From assembly GCA_024278055.1 (NCBI GenBank), contig JAJRTY010000167.1:28338-92337 (forward strand): a DNA stretch of 64,000 bases. Direction: 5' to 3'. The position numbers and the translations under genes are program-made. Source of the stretch: Alphaproteobacteria bacterium (GTDB lineage: Bacteria; Pseudomonadota; Alphaproteobacteria; Rhizobiales; JAJFHR01). Positions 9,986-20,343 of this stretch are shown piece after piece (positions within the stretch are counted from its first letter, which is position 1; each line of letters begins with the position of its first letter). The notes below the pieces were generated by a model, which worked only from the letters and a program-made list of their open reading frames with translations, made no database searches and had not been told where the DNA came from.

Positions 9986-11383
9986 TCACATTGCAATAAC
10001 TTTGCCGGGGTTAAGAATATTGTCAGGATCCAGTGCCTTTTTAATGGCACGCATCACTACCAGCCCTCCTCCATGTTCCGCTTCGAGAAATTTCATTTTA
10101 CCCATACCTACCCCATGTTCACCGGTACACGTACCCTCCATGGCAAGTGCGCGCATAACCAGGCGGTTGAGAAGTTCATCCATCCGCGCCTTTTCTTCTG
10201 AATCCTCCGGGTCAATAAGCAATATCAGGTGGAAATTCCCATCCCCCACGTGGCCAACGATTGGCGCATAGAGATTATATTTTTTGATATCGGCGCGCGT
10301 TTCTTCAACACAATCCGCCAGTCTGGATATTGGCACACAAACATCTGTTGCCAGTCCTTTGCACCCCGGCCTCATGGCCAGCGTTGCCCAGTAGACATCG
10401 TGGCGGGCCTGCCACAACCTGCTGCGGTCTTCGGTTCTTGTAGCGGTTTCAAACGGCCCGCCACCAAGTTCTTCGGCAATGTCGCCAAACAGGGCCATCT
10501 GCTCGGCAACGCCTTGCTCGGTGCCGTGAAACTCCAGAAACAGGATCGCCGTTTCGGGAAAATCAAGATTGGAATAGGCATTGCAGGCGGCAATCTGAAC
10601 ATCATCAAAAAGCTCGATACGCGCCACCGGGATACCCATCTGGATTGCCATAATCGTTGCATCGCAGGCTGATTTAACATCGGGAAACGAACATACACCT
10701 GCAGAAATCGCTTCCGGTATTGGATGCAATCTCAAGGTTACCTCGGTTATGATCCCCAAAGTTCCCTCGGAGCCGACAATCAGCCGGGTAAGATCATACC
10801 CGGCAGAAGACTTTCTCGCCCGGCGTGCGGTCTTGACGATGCTTCCATCCGCCATTACCACGGTCAAATTGAGGACATTTTCACGCATGGTACCATAGCG
10901 CACCGCATTGGTGCCCGATGCCCGCGTTGCCGCCATGCCGCCAATACTTGCATCAGCCCCCGGGTCGATGGGGAAAAACACACCCATATCACGTAAATAC
11001 TCATTCAGCTGAATACGGCTAACTCCCGCCTCAACCGTACAATCGAGATCTTCGGCACTGACGCGGATAATATTCTTCATCTGGGTGAAATCAAAGGTTA
11101 TGCCCCCATGAATGGCACTTGTGTGACCTTCCAGAGAGGTGCCCGCACCAAAAGGAATTATAGGGACCTTGTGACGGGCACAAATCCTGACCAGTTCCGA
11201 TACTTCCTGTGTCGAATGCACGAAAGCAACAGCATCAGGCGGACTATTGGCAAACCAGGCAACACTTTCGCCATGGTGATCACGCACCGAGCGCGATGTT
11301 GACAACCTGTCGCCCAGCAACGCTTCAGCTTCTTCTATCGCCGCATCAATCAATCGGGAATTGGCAAGAGCGGTCTCAACCAT
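9986..11383 (-). CDS. FAD-linked oxidase, D-lactate dehydrogenase (cytochrome)/GlcD-like
   Basis: PFGAGTSLEGH, DPGADASIGGM, GSEGTLGII, GHVGDGNFH, GEHGVG, LDPDNILNPGK. Confidence 0.92.
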   Translation of the reverse strand: MVETALANSRLIDAAIEEAEALLGDRLSTSRSVRDHHGESVAWFANSPPDAVAFVHSTQEVSELVRICARHKVPIIPFGAGTSLEGHTSAIHGGITFDFTQMKNIIRVSAEDLDCTVEAGVSRIQLNEYLRDMGVFFPIDPGADASIGGMAATRASGTNAVRYGTMRENVLNLTVVMADGSIVKTARRARKSSAGYDLTRLIVGSEGTLGIITEVTLRLHPIPEAISAGVCSFPDVKSACDATIMAIQMGIPVARIELFDDVQIAACNAYSNLDFPETAILFLEFHGTEQGVAEQMALFGDIAEELGGGPFETATRTEDRSRLWQARHDVYWATLAMRPGCKGLATDVCVPISRLADCVEETRADIKKYNLYAPIVGHVGDGNFHLILLIDPEDSEEKARMDELLNRLVMRALAMEGTCTGEHGVGMGKMKFLEAEHGGGLVVMRAIKKALDPDNILNPGKVIAM

Positions 11384-11484
11384 GTATCACCCTTCACAGG
11401 ACTATATGTTTTATCTGGTTCAGGTTATAGCACATTCCTGGACTGGTATAAGTCGATAGCAAAAAATTTTTCGGAGGAATATTC

Positions 11485-11967
11485 ATGCCATCACAAGCAC
11501 CCTTCATCTCCTCGCCCATGACCGTAGTGCCCGAGTGGATTGATTACAACGGCCACATGAATGTAGCATATTATATTGTTCTGTTTGACCGTTGTATTGA
11601 TGAGTTTTTCACTCACCTTGGGGTTGGCCCTGAATACGTAATACGCGAGAATGCCTCCACCTTCACCATGGAGGGCCACATAACCTATCAACGTGAGCTG
11701 TCGGTTGATGCCCCGGTAAAAATGACACTTCAAATTGTTGATTACGATCAAAAACGTCTCCACCTCTACCTTGAAATGTTTCATGCGCAAGATGGATTTC
11801 TCAGCGCAACCTGGGAACAATTGACCCTGCATGTGGACATGAAAGCAAAACGCTCCTCGGTTTTCCCTGACGAGGTGCTTGAGAAAGTTGAACAGATGTA
11901 TCAAGCTCATGGCAGCCTGCCGCCCAGCTCTCATATCGGGCGCATCATAGGTATCAGAAGAAAATAG
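11485..11967 (+). CDS. Hot-dog fold acyl-CoA thioesterase (4HBT-like)
   Basis: EWIDYNGHMNVAYY motif. Confidence 0.88.
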   Translation: MPSQAPFISSPMTVVPEWIDYNGHMNVAYYIVLFDRCIDEFFTHLGVGPEYVIRENASTFTMEGHITYQRELSVDAPVKMTLQIVDYDQKRLHLYLEMFHAQDGFLSATWEQLTLHVDMKAKRSSVFPDEVLEKVEQMYQAHGSLPPSSHIGRIIGIRRK

Positions 11968-11982
11968 CCGGAGCCGCACTAA

Positions 11983-13617
11983 ATGTCGGAATTAATAAAC
12001 AGTTTCAGGCGCTTCCTGCTTGAATCCGTGCATCCGAATTTACACACTTTTGCTTACAATCGCGAACCTCTGGCCTGGGTTCTGGCAGCCGTTATAGGCC
12101 TTGCGATTGCCTATGCCATCATTGCCTTCAGGCTTCTTATCGGTGCCACCCAGTTTTTATGGCTCGGCACCATGTCGGAAAAGTTTTCCACTCAGATAGC
12201 CAGCCAACCAGCCATTGTGATTATTCTGGTCCCCGCCATCGGTGGCCTGGTTGTCGGCCTGCTTCTGCAATTTGTATTACCCGGCCGCCGCCCCGAAGGC
12301 GTTGCCGACGTTATTGAGGCACGCGCCATAGGGGGGGCCAGAATGCCGTTTTTAAACGGCCTCGGCGCTGCCCTGGTTTCTGCCGTGTCTTTGGGCAGCG
12401 GTGCCAGTGCCGGTCGTGAAGGCCCCGCCGTTCATCTTGGCGCCACTCTGTCTTCAAGCCTGGCGCAATTTTTTGTTTTCCCCCGCCATATGCAACGCAC
12501 TTTATTGGCCTGTGGTGCCGCCGCAGCCGTTTCCGCATCCTTTAATGCACCGATTGCCGGCGCACTTTTTGCCATGGAAGTTATTCTCGCGCACCTGTCA
12601 CCACGCGCTTTTGTACCCATAATTATTTCAAGCGTGGCCGCAACAATCGTTACCCGGTTTCACCTCGGCAGCTTTCCAGCCTTCATTGTCCCGGATCATC
12701 AGATTACCTCATATCTGGAGTTTCCGGCATTCGCACTCCTCGGACTCACCTGTGGAATTGTCGCCATCTGCTTTCACTCCTCCCTCAGCACCGCCGACTG
12801 GGTTGCCCGCCACATCACCTGCCCTTTATGGATAAGACCCGTCATTGGCGGTTTGATGGTTGGCACACTGGCAGTCTTCTTTCCGCAAATTCTTGGCGTC
12901 GGCTATGAAGCAACTGATGCCGCATTGAACCAGCAATTGCCCCTGGTCCTGTTGCTCCTGCTTATCCCCGCCAAGACGGCGGCAACCGCCATTACACTGG
13001 CCAGCCGTTTTGGCGGTGGTGTGTTCAGCCCTTCATTATACCTCGGTGCCATGACCGGCGGTGCCTTTGGCATCATCGCAACGTCCGTTTTCCCGGAGGT
13101 TGCATCAAGCAACGGTCTTTATGCCATCGTTGGCATGGGGGCGGTGGTCGCCGCCATTTTAGGTGCCCCGATTTCAACCACCCTGATAGTCTTTGAACTC
13201 ACCGGTGGTTATGAAATGACACTCGCTATCGTGCTGACAATATCTATTTCCACCGGTCTCATGCAGGCGGTTCACGGGCGCAGCTTTTTTCACTGGCAAC
13301 TGGGCACAAGGGGTCTGTTCCTGAATGAAGGCCCGCACAAGGAAATCGTCCGAAATCTTCATGTGTCAGATTTCATGGAACCGCTTGAAGGTGATGAAAC
13401 CGCCCCCCCTCTCAGCGATGAGGAGCAACGGTTTTTGCTGACAAAAAACGATACTCTCGAAACAGCTCTGCGCGCATTTGACGACTGTGGCCTCCCACTC
13501 ATTCCCGTGGTAGACGATAAAGACACAAGCCGCACAATCGGCTGGGCCAGACGTCTGGCGGCAACCGATGCCTTCAACCGGGCATTAATCAGAGCAAACG
13601 TGGAAAAGCATGGCTGA
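11983..13617 (+). CDS. CLC-family chloride channel/H+ antiporter with C-terminal CBS-like region
   Basis: GSGASAGREGP, SFNAPIAGALFAMEV, GGVFSPSL; many TM helices. Confidence 0.93.
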   Translation: MSELINSFRRFLLESVHPNLHTFAYNREPLAWVLAAVIGLAIAYAIIAFRLLIGATQFLWLGTMSEKFSTQIASQPAIVIILVPAIGGLVVGLLLQFVLPGRRPEGVADVIEARAIGGARMPFLNGLGAALVSAVSLGSGASAGREGPAVHLGATLSSSLAQFFVFPRHMQRTLLACGAAAAVSASFNAPIAGALFAMEVILAHLSPRAFVPIIISSVAATIVTRFHLGSFPAFIVPDHQITSYLEFPAFALLGLTCGIVAICFHSSLSTADWVARHITCPLWIRPVIGGLMVGTLAVFFPQILGVGYEATDAALNQQLPLVLLLLLIPAKTAATAITLASRFGGGVFSPSLYLGAMTGGAFGIIATSVFPEVASSNGLYAIVGMGAVVAAILGAPISTTLIVFELTGGYEMTLAIVLTISISTGLMQAVHGRSFFHWQLGTRGLFLNEGPHKEIVRNLHVSDFMEPLEGDETAPPLSDEEQRFLLTKNDTLETALRAFDDCGLPLIPVVDDKDTSRTIGWARRLAATDAFNRALIRANVEKHG

Positions 13618-14137
13618 TAAACCAAAATACATACCCGAACTCACCGCCATTAAATTCGAACGCGGCTTTGATGTGGATGCCCAGTTGCAGCATGTTTGCA
13701 ACAAGTTGGCCGTAACGGGACTGATCGTCGGAGGCCTGCTTCAGGAAAACAGCTGCGGCGATATCTCAGGGGTGCAGCTGGTCGATATCAGATCACAGGA
13801 AAAATTTAATATCTGGGAAAACCGTGGCAACCATGCCAGCGGGTGCCGGTTGGATGAAGCCGGACTGCTTGGCTCGGCAAAAGTTATTGAACAGGCTATT
13901 TTTGACCGTGTCGATCTGGTGATTATCAATCGGTTTGGGCGCGCCGAAAGCGAAGGCAAGGGATTGCGCGATTATTTTGCTCAAGCCGTTGACGCCGGGG
14001 TGCCGGTTTTAACCGGTGTGCGTGAACCTTATATCGAAGCCTGGCAAAATTTCCACGGCGGCATGGCGCACGAATTGATTGCAAGTGATATCAAAATGGA
14101 AAACTGGATTGCCAAGGCAATCGAAAACCCGGCTTGA
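13610..14137 (+). CDS. DUF2478 family protein (P-loop-like)
   Basis: GCRLD..GL, DLVIINRFGRAESEGKGLR, GVPVLT, AWQNFHGG. Overlaps the CLC stop. Confidence 0.8.
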   Translation: MADKPKYIPELTAIKFERGFDVDAQLQHVCNKLAVTGLIVGGLLQENSCGDISGVQLVDIRSQEKFNIWENRGNHASGCRLDEAGLLGSAKVIEQAIFDRVDLVIINRFGRAESEGKGLRDYFAQAVDAGVPVLTGVREPYIEAWQNFHGGMAHELIASDIKMENWIAKAIENPA

Positions 14138-14185
14138 AATCAATACTCCCTAACAGCTGCGACTCAGTGTTATAAGAACAGGATT

Positions 14186-16528
14186 ATGCCCATCGACCCG
14201 TTTGATCTTGGTTCTGTCGACGAAAGTGAAGCTGCCCGGCCTACCGGTGGCATTGCTGCGCGCGCCATGGCCGCTGTCGAAGCACCCTACCTCAAAAAGC
14301 TCAATCGCGAACAACGCCGGGCGGTGGAAAATGTTGATGGTCCCTCGCTCATTCTGGCCGGTGCCGGCACCGGCAAGACCCGGGTTTTAACCACGCGTCT
14401 GGCTCACATACTGCACACGCGCCGCGCCTGGCCGGGGCAGATCCTGGCGGTGACCTTCACCAACAAAGCGGCACGCGAAATGAAAGAGCGCATTGGTGCC
14501 ATCATTGGTGGTGTGGTTGAAGGCATGACCTGGCTTGGCACCTTTCATTCAATTGGCGCTAAAATCCTGCGTCGTGATGCCGAACTGGTTGGCCTCAGGC
14601 CCGATTTCGCCATTCTTGACACCGATGACCAGATACGCCTGCTTAAACAGCTGATAAAAGCCGACGGCATTGACGAAAAACGCTGGCCCGCACGCCAACT
14701 GGCCGGTGAAATTGATGGCTGGAAAAACCGTGGTATTACGCCAGACAAAGTAAGTGCCGCTGACGCGCAATCCTATGCCAACGGCAAGGGTGTTGAGATA
14801 TATGCCGAATATCAGGCGCGTCTGAAAATACTCAATGCCGCTGATTTTGGCGATCTTCTGCTTGAATGCCTGCGATTGTTTCAGGAAAACCCCGATGTTC
14901 TTAGCGGGTATCGCGAGCGCTTCAAATATATGCTGGTGGATGAGTATCAGGACACCAATGTGGCGCAATACCTGTGGCTGCGCCTGCTGGCTGGTAATGC
15001 CGGTAACATTGCCTGCGTTGGTGATGACGACCAGTCAATTTACGGGTGGCGCGGTGCGGAAGTTGACAATATCCTGCGCTTTGAAAAAGATTTCCCCGGT
15101 GCTCTTGTGGTGCGGCTGGAAGAAAACTACCGCTCAACCCCGCATATTCTCAATGCCGCTTCAGGCCTCATTGGCCACAATCAGGGCCGCCTGGGCAAAA
15201 CCCTGCGCACGTCTGAAACCGCAGGCGAGAAGGTTCAGGTTAAATCTGTCTGGGATGGCGAAGAAGAAGCCCGGAGCATTGCAGACGATATCGAAAACCT
15301 GCAACGCAACGACCACAGTCTCAATGAAATAGCCATTCTGGTGCGCGTCAGTTCGCTGATGCGTGAATTTGAAGACCGGTTCGTTACCCTTGGCCTGCCC
15401 TATCGTGTCATTGGCGGCCCGCGTTTTTATGAACGCCGTGAAATAAGAGATGGTCTCGCCTACCTCAAAGTCACCGCCCAGCCCGACAATGATCTGGCTT
15501 TTGAGCGTATCATCAACACGCCCAAACGCGGCCTTGGCAATGTCACCGTGCAAAAGCTGCATGAATTCGCCCGTGCGCAAGGCATATCATTAACCCGTGC
15601 GGCGCGCACATTGGTTGAAACCGACGAACTTTCCAAGGCCGCACGTAAATCTCTGGGCGAGCTTTTGGATAATTTTGCCCGCTGGCGTTCTCTCATTGAC
15701 GGCCTGCCCCACACCGAGCTGGCCGAAATGATCCTGGATGAATCCGGTTACACCGCCATGTGGCAAAATGACAAGGCAGCGGACACGCAAGGTCGCCTGG
15801 AAAATCTCAAGGAACTGGTCAATTCCATGGGGGAATTTGAAAACCTCGCCGGTTTTCTTGAGCATATTTCGCTGGTGATGGATGTGCAGACGGCTGAGAC
15901 CAGCGATATGATCAACCTCATGACCCTGCATTCCGCCAAGGGTCTCGAATTTGACACGGTCTTTCTGCCCGGCTGGGAAGAAGGCCTGTTTCCCCATCAA
16001 CGCGCGCTCGATGAAAGCGGCAGCGCCGGTCTCGAGGAAGAACGCCGTCTGGCCTATGTCGGCATTACGCGCGCGCGCAAACTGGCAAAGATCAGCTTCA
16101 CTTCAAATCGCCGCATTCATAATCTGTGGCAATCCGCCATGCCGTCGCGTTTTTTGGATGAGCTGCCCGAAGCTGATGTGGACGTTGAAAGCGCTTCCGA
16201 CACTTACGGCGGTGGCAGCTTTGGCCAGAGCCGGTTTAACGAAGATGTGTTTGAGGCCAATTACAATACCCCGGGCTGGCGTCGCGCCCAGTCACATCAA
16301 GCCGCAAACCCGGCACCCAAAAGCCGCTTTGGCTCCTCACCAGTGCTGGAGGGAGAACTGGTCGCTTCTGAATTTTCCGACACCAGCACCTACAGGTTGG
16401 GCGAGAGAATTTTCCACGACAAATTCGGCTATGGTGCCATTGCCGCAATAGATGGCAACAAGCTGACCATTGACTTCGAAAAATCCGGTCGCAAGCGCGT
16501 ACTCGATTCATTTGTGGCCCGTCATTAG
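14186..16528 (+). CDS. uvrD: ATP-dependent DNA helicase UvrD/PcrA
   Basis: AGAGTGKT, VTFTNKAAREM, VDEYQDTN, VGDDDQSIYGWRGA, LEENYRS, TLHSAKGLEF, EEERRLAYVGITRA; C-terminal Tudor-like HDKFGYG. Confidence 0.96.
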   Translation: MPIDPFDLGSVDESEAARPTGGIAARAMAAVEAPYLKKLNREQRRAVENVDGPSLILAGAGTGKTRVLTTRLAHILHTRRAWPGQILAVTFTNKAAREMKERIGAIIGGVVEGMTWLGTFHSIGAKILRRDAELVGLRPDFAILDTDDQIRLLKQLIKADGIDEKRWPARQLAGEIDGWKNRGITPDKVSAADAQSYANGKGVEIYAEYQARLKILNAADFGDLLLECLRLFQENPDVLSGYRERFKYMLVDEYQDTNVAQYLWLRLLAGNAGNIACVGDDDQSIYGWRGAEVDNILRFEKDFPGALVVRLEENYRSTPHILNAASGLIGHNQGRLGKTLRTSETAGEKVQVKSVWDGEEEARSIADDIENLQRNDHSLNEIAILVRVSSLMREFEDRFVTLGLPYRVIGGPRFYERREIRDGLAYLKVTAQPDNDLAFERIINTPKRGLGNVTVQKLHEFARAQGISLTRAARTLVETDELSKAARKSLGELLDNFARWRSLIDGLPHTELAEMILDESGYTAMWQNDKAADTQGRLENLKELVNSMGEFENLAGFLEHISLVMDVQTAETSDMINLMTLHSAKGLEFDTVFLPGWEEGLFPHQRALDESGSAGLEEERRLAYVGITRARKLAKISFTSNRRIHNLWQSAMPSRFLDELPEADVDVESASDTYGGGSFGQSRFNEDVFEANYNTPGWRRAQSHQAANPAPKSRFGSSPVLEGELVASEFSDTSTYRLGERIFHDKFGYGAIAAIDGNKLTIDFEKSGRKRVLDSFVARH

Positions 16529-16531
16529 CCC

Positions 16532-17412
16532 ATGAGTGTTCGTGTTGTATTTCCAAATCTTGATCAGCCCCAGGCCCATGCACTGGCGGAAATAGCCGAG
16601 GCCGCAGAACGCCTTGAAATTCTGGCTGTTGCAATTGATGAATATGATGAGGCAGCCAGCTGTGGTCGGTGTCGGTTTATTTTGATCACCCGCCACACCC
16701 CGCTGACGTTGATACGATTGCAACAATTGCCGCCGACGTACTCGATATTGCCCGACTGCCGTGGAAAATGAAAAATGTGCCGGATATCAACTGGGTGCAG
16801 AAATCTCTTGAAGGACTCACTCCAGTCCAGGCCGGTCGCTTTTTTGTCCATGGCTGTCATGATCGCCATTTACGCCCCGGCCATTCAATCGCCATTGAAC
16901 TTGAGGCCGCCATGGCCTTTGGCTCGGGCCACCACGGCACCACCAAAGGGTGCCTCACCGCTTTTGATCACCTGTTAAAACAACGCCGTTTTAACCGTAT
17001 CCTGGATGTCGGCACCGGCACCGGTATTCTGGCCATTGCTGCGGCCAGGGCTTTGAAAACCAAAATTGTCGCCAGCGACATAGACCCCGTCGCCGTTCGC
17101 CATGCCGCCGAAAATGCCCGTCACAATGGCGTCAAAGCCTATGTGAAAACGCTTGAAAGCAGCGGGTTAAACCATTCCGAAATCAGAAAGAATGCTCACT
17201 ATGATCTGATTTTTGCCAATATACTTGCCCGCCCGCTGGCAGGCATGGCTTTAAATATCGCCGCCAGTGCCGCACCGGGTGCAGAGATAATTCTGTCGGG
17301 TATTTTACCCCGGCAATCGATGTTTGTTGAACGGGCTTACCGCGCCCACGGGTTTGTCGTCGCCAGAAGATATAGTCTTGAAAACTGGATTACTCTGAGC
17401 CTGCACAAATGA
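16532..17412 (+). pseudogene. prmA: Ribosomal protein L11 methyltransferase, split by an apparent 1-nt deletion near 16660 (or sequencing error)
   Basis: C-part has AFGSGHHGTT, ILDVGTGTGILAI, SDIDP and ANILA. The N-part starts at ATG 16532 in another frame. Adding one C (agc-Ctg-tgg-tcg-gtg) gives a 293-aa PrmA. Confidence 0.85.
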
Positions 17413-17414
17413 AT

Positions 17415-17450
17415 AAAAAAGAGGTGCTGCGGAAACCCGCAACACCTCTT
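17415..17450 (-). terminator. Intrinsic terminator (minus strand, possibly bidirectional)
   Basis: Minus strand reads AAGAGGTGTTGCGG-GTTT-CCGCAGCACCTCTTTTTT: a long GC stem plus U-tract. Confidence 0.8.
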
Positions 17451-17544
17451 GAAACTCGACGCAATACAAATTTTACTGGTTTACAAACGCAATACTGATT
17501 CGCTTGTTTACAGCAGGTGAGTATTCGAATTATTAACGCCGCAA

Positions 17545-17721
17545 TTATTTGCTGTCATAATTTCTCGTGTCAGATGTAAGCGCGGCCAGCCGGTATTTGG
17601 CGGTTTCCAGCCGGGCTTCAATCATTTTCGATAAAAGTGTTTTACCGAAAGACCTTAGCCTGATTTTCAACTCGTCCAGTTTAAGTTCAAAACCGGGTTG
17701 AGCCTGTGCAACATGTGCCAT
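17545..17721 (-). CDS. Small hypothetical protein, 58 aa (below the ORF-track cutoff)
   Basis: MAHVAQAQPGFELKLDELKIRLRSFGKTLLSKMIEARLETAKYRLAALTSDTRNYDSK*; AAGGA RBS 6 nt upstream; its own terminator downstream. Confidence 0.7.
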   Translation of the reverse strand: MAHVAQAQPGFELKLDELKIRLRSFGKTLLSKMIEARLETAKYRLAALTSDTRNYDSK

Positions 17722-17870
17722 TTATTATCCTTTTAATTACTCTCAGATGCAGATTTCGCCTCTGAATTATTCTGTTGGGCTATAAATAAGGCTGTTGGGA
17801 AAAACGAGTACCCCGTTTTTTCGCACCACTGGGTTGCACAAGACGCATGGGCCGCATAGAACGTGGGACT

Positions 17871-19691
17871 ATGTTTCAGACCTTTGAAGATATCTGCGAT
17901 CCCTCAAAAGCAAAATCTCGCGTGGCCCGGTTAAGAGCGGTGCTTAAAAAGCAAAACCTTGACGGTTTCTGGGTGCCGCACACCGATGAGCATCAAAGTG
18001 AATATCTGCCCCCCCATGCTGAACGCCTCTATTGGCTCACCGGCTTTAGCGGCTCGGCCGGAGCCGCCATTGTGCTGGCAAAAAAGGCGGCAATCTTCAC
18101 CGACGGGCGCTACACAATTCAGATTGCCGAACAAGTTGACCCTCAGGTTTTTGAAATTCAGCACCTGATTGAACAACCACCGCTTAAATGGCTGGAAAAA
18201 AACCTCAAAAAAGGCCAGCGCCTGGGCTTTGATCCTCAATTGCATTCGCAAGCCAGCGCCGAGCAACTGAACCAGGTTTGCAAAAAACTTGGTGCCCGAC
18301 TGATTGCCGTAAAATCCAATCCGATTGATGCAATCTGGTCAGACCAACCAGCCCGGCCTCGCGGCCAGGTCGTTCCTCATCTGCTTAAATACGCTGGCGA
18401 ACCTGCGGCAAAAAAACTCGCCCGGATGGCCGGAGCTTTGCGGACAAAAGGTGAGGATGCCGTGATCATTACCCTCGCCGACAGCCTGTGCTGGGCTTTT
18501 AACATTCGCGGAAACGACGTTGCCCATACGCCCGTGGTTTTGGGGCACGCCATCATAAAGGCACGCGGCAAGCCTGAGATTTTTTTGAGCCCCGACAAGG
18601 TTTCAGGCCGCGCCAGATCATATCTTGAGAAAATCGCAACCCTGAAGTCGGACGACAAGTTGGCGGCCGCTCTGGACAGGCTGGGTAAAAACCGAAAAAC
18701 CGTGCGCCTTGATGCCCAGACCGCCTCGTTTGCAATTTACGATCGCCTCAGTAAAGCCGGTGCCTCAATTGTCAACGCGCAAGACCCTGTAATTGCGCTT
18801 AAAGCCATCAAAAACAAAACTGAAATAGACGGTGCCCGCACCGCCCATATCCGTGATGCCGCTGCTTATTGCCGTTTTTTAATGTGGCTCGATCATCAAA
18901 AACCCGCCAACAGGCTCAACGAGATTTCGGTGGCCAAAAAGCTCGAGGAATTTCGCCTGCAAACCGGCGCGTTACGCGATATCAGTTTTGACACAATTTC
19001 CGCCTTCGGCCCCAATGGCGCCATCTGCCACTATCGTGTCACTGAGGCCAGCAATCTGACCTTCAAAAACAACGCCCTGTATCTGATTGATTCAGGCGCG
19101 CAATATCTCGACGGCACCACCGACATCACCCGCACCATCGCCATTGGCCGGGCCAGCGCTGAAATGCGTAAAAATTTCACCCTGGTGCTCAAAGGCCATA
19201 TTGCCCTGGCGCAAGCCATCTTTCCGCCAGGTACAACCGGCAGCAATCTCGATGTTTTAGCCTGCGCACCCTTGTGGGCCAAAGGGCTCGATTTCGACCA
19301 CGGCACCGGCCACGGTGTCGGCAGCTACTTAAGTGTACACGAAGGCCCCCAGCGCATTTCAAAGGCCCCCAGCCGGGTAAGCCTGAAACCCGGCATGATA
19401 CTGTCCAATGAACCGGGGTATTACAAAGCCGGTCACTATGGCATCAGAATTGAAAACCTGGTTGTCGTCACCGAACTGGAAAAAATACCGGGCAGCGATC
19501 AAAATATGCTGGGGTTCGAGACCATAAGCTGGGCTCCCATTGATCGATCTTTGATCAACACAAAACTGCTGAGCCCGGCAGAACTCAAATGGCTGAACGA
19601 TTACCATGGCGAGGTTTACCGCAAAACCTCTCCCCAGTTGGATCGTGCAGAAAAAAACTGGCTCAAACAGGCCTGCGCACGCCTGGACTAA
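17871..19691 (+). CDS. Xaa-Pro aminopeptidase (aminopeptidase P, M24B)
   Basis: DEHQSEY, LTGFSGSAG, DSGAQYLDGTTDITRT, HGTGHGVG..LSVHEGP, SNEPGYY, GIRIEN. Confidence 0.95.
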   Translation: MFQTFEDICDPSKAKSRVARLRAVLKKQNLDGFWVPHTDEHQSEYLPPHAERLYWLTGFSGSAGAAIVLAKKAAIFTDGRYTIQIAEQVDPQVFEIQHLIEQPPLKWLEKNLKKGQRLGFDPQLHSQASAEQLNQVCKKLGARLIAVKSNPIDAIWSDQPARPRGQVVPHLLKYAGEPAAKKLARMAGALRTKGEDAVIITLADSLCWAFNIRGNDVAHTPVVLGHAIIKARGKPEIFLSPDKVSGRARSYLEKIATLKSDDKLAAALDRLGKNRKTVRLDAQTASFAIYDRLSKAGASIVNAQDPVIALKAIKNKTEIDGARTAHIRDAAAYCRFLMWLDHQKPANRLNEISVAKKLEEFRLQTGALRDISFDTISAFGPNGAICHYRVTEASNLTFKNNALYLIDSGAQYLDGTTDITRTIAIGRASAEMRKNFTLVLKGHIALAQAIFPPGTTGSNLDVLACAPLWAKGLDFDHGTGHGVGSYLSVHEGPQRISKAPSRVSLKPGMILSNEPGYYKAGHYGIRIENLVVVTELEKIPGSDQNMLGFETISWAPIDRSLINTKLLSPAELKWLNDYHGEVYRKTSPQLDRAEKNWLKQACARLD

Positions 19692-20155
19692 CCCCAGTAA
19701 CGACCCGATGTGGCAATTCCTATGACAATCAGGCCCAGGACCAGATTGATGGCGACGATCTGGCGGATGGTATTGAGGTTTTTAGCCGCAAGCGGCCAGT
19801 CCTGATTGCCAACCGCTGTTTTGAAACGGCGATAGGGAATAAAATAAAGCACGGCAAAAAGGGCAATCATAATCCAGCCGACGCCATTCATTATATGAAC
19901 ATTTAAACCCACATTGGCAGAGCCGCCATAGACACTGACAATGAGGAAATTACCCGTCAGCGGCAGGGCTGCAGCAACAATCCACACCCAGACGAAAAAA
20001 CGCCGGAACACCTGATCCCACAGTTGCAAACGCTGCGGTGGCTCAAGCTGCCCTAAAGAAGGCCTGAGGCAGATATAGGCAAAAAACATCCCGCCAACCC
20101 ATATGGCGGCACTCAAGCCGTGAACGGCAATGGTCAAGGCAATTAAGTTAAACAT
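19688..20155 (-). CDS. CopD/DUF4149-like four-TM membrane protein
   Basis: H.LSAAIWVGGMFFAY..LRP, RFF.WVW, four hydrophobic segments. Confidence 0.75.
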   Translation of the reverse strand: MFNLIALTIAVHGLSAAIWVGGMFFAYICLRPSLGQLEPPQRLQLWDQVFRRFFVWVWIVAAALPLTGNFLIVSVYGGSANVGLNVHIMNGVGWIMIALFAVLYFIPYRRFKTAVGNQDWPLAAKNLNTIRQIVAINLVLGLIVIGIATSGRYWG

Positions 20156-20343
20156 GGGCCTGTTCCTTCTTTTCCAATCTTACAGCACAATAAGCGTTGG
20201 ATTCTGATGCGACATTTTCTCCTGCAAGACTTAAGGAGTGCGTTAAACGCATGGCTGCCTTGCGTACTCATCATTGCTGTATTTACCATTTCCCCACATA
20301 ATGCCACCTTATAAAGCACTATTCCTTTTGGGCAATCATTCAG

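Noticed and set aside
16640-16680. Programmed frameshift in prmA
   Set aside because: No slippery sequence or stimulatory structure is visible, and I know of no precedent for prmA.
17459-17512. CRISPR-like repeats
   Set aside because: Only two imperfect, nearly abutting copies with no spacer; no cas genes in the window.
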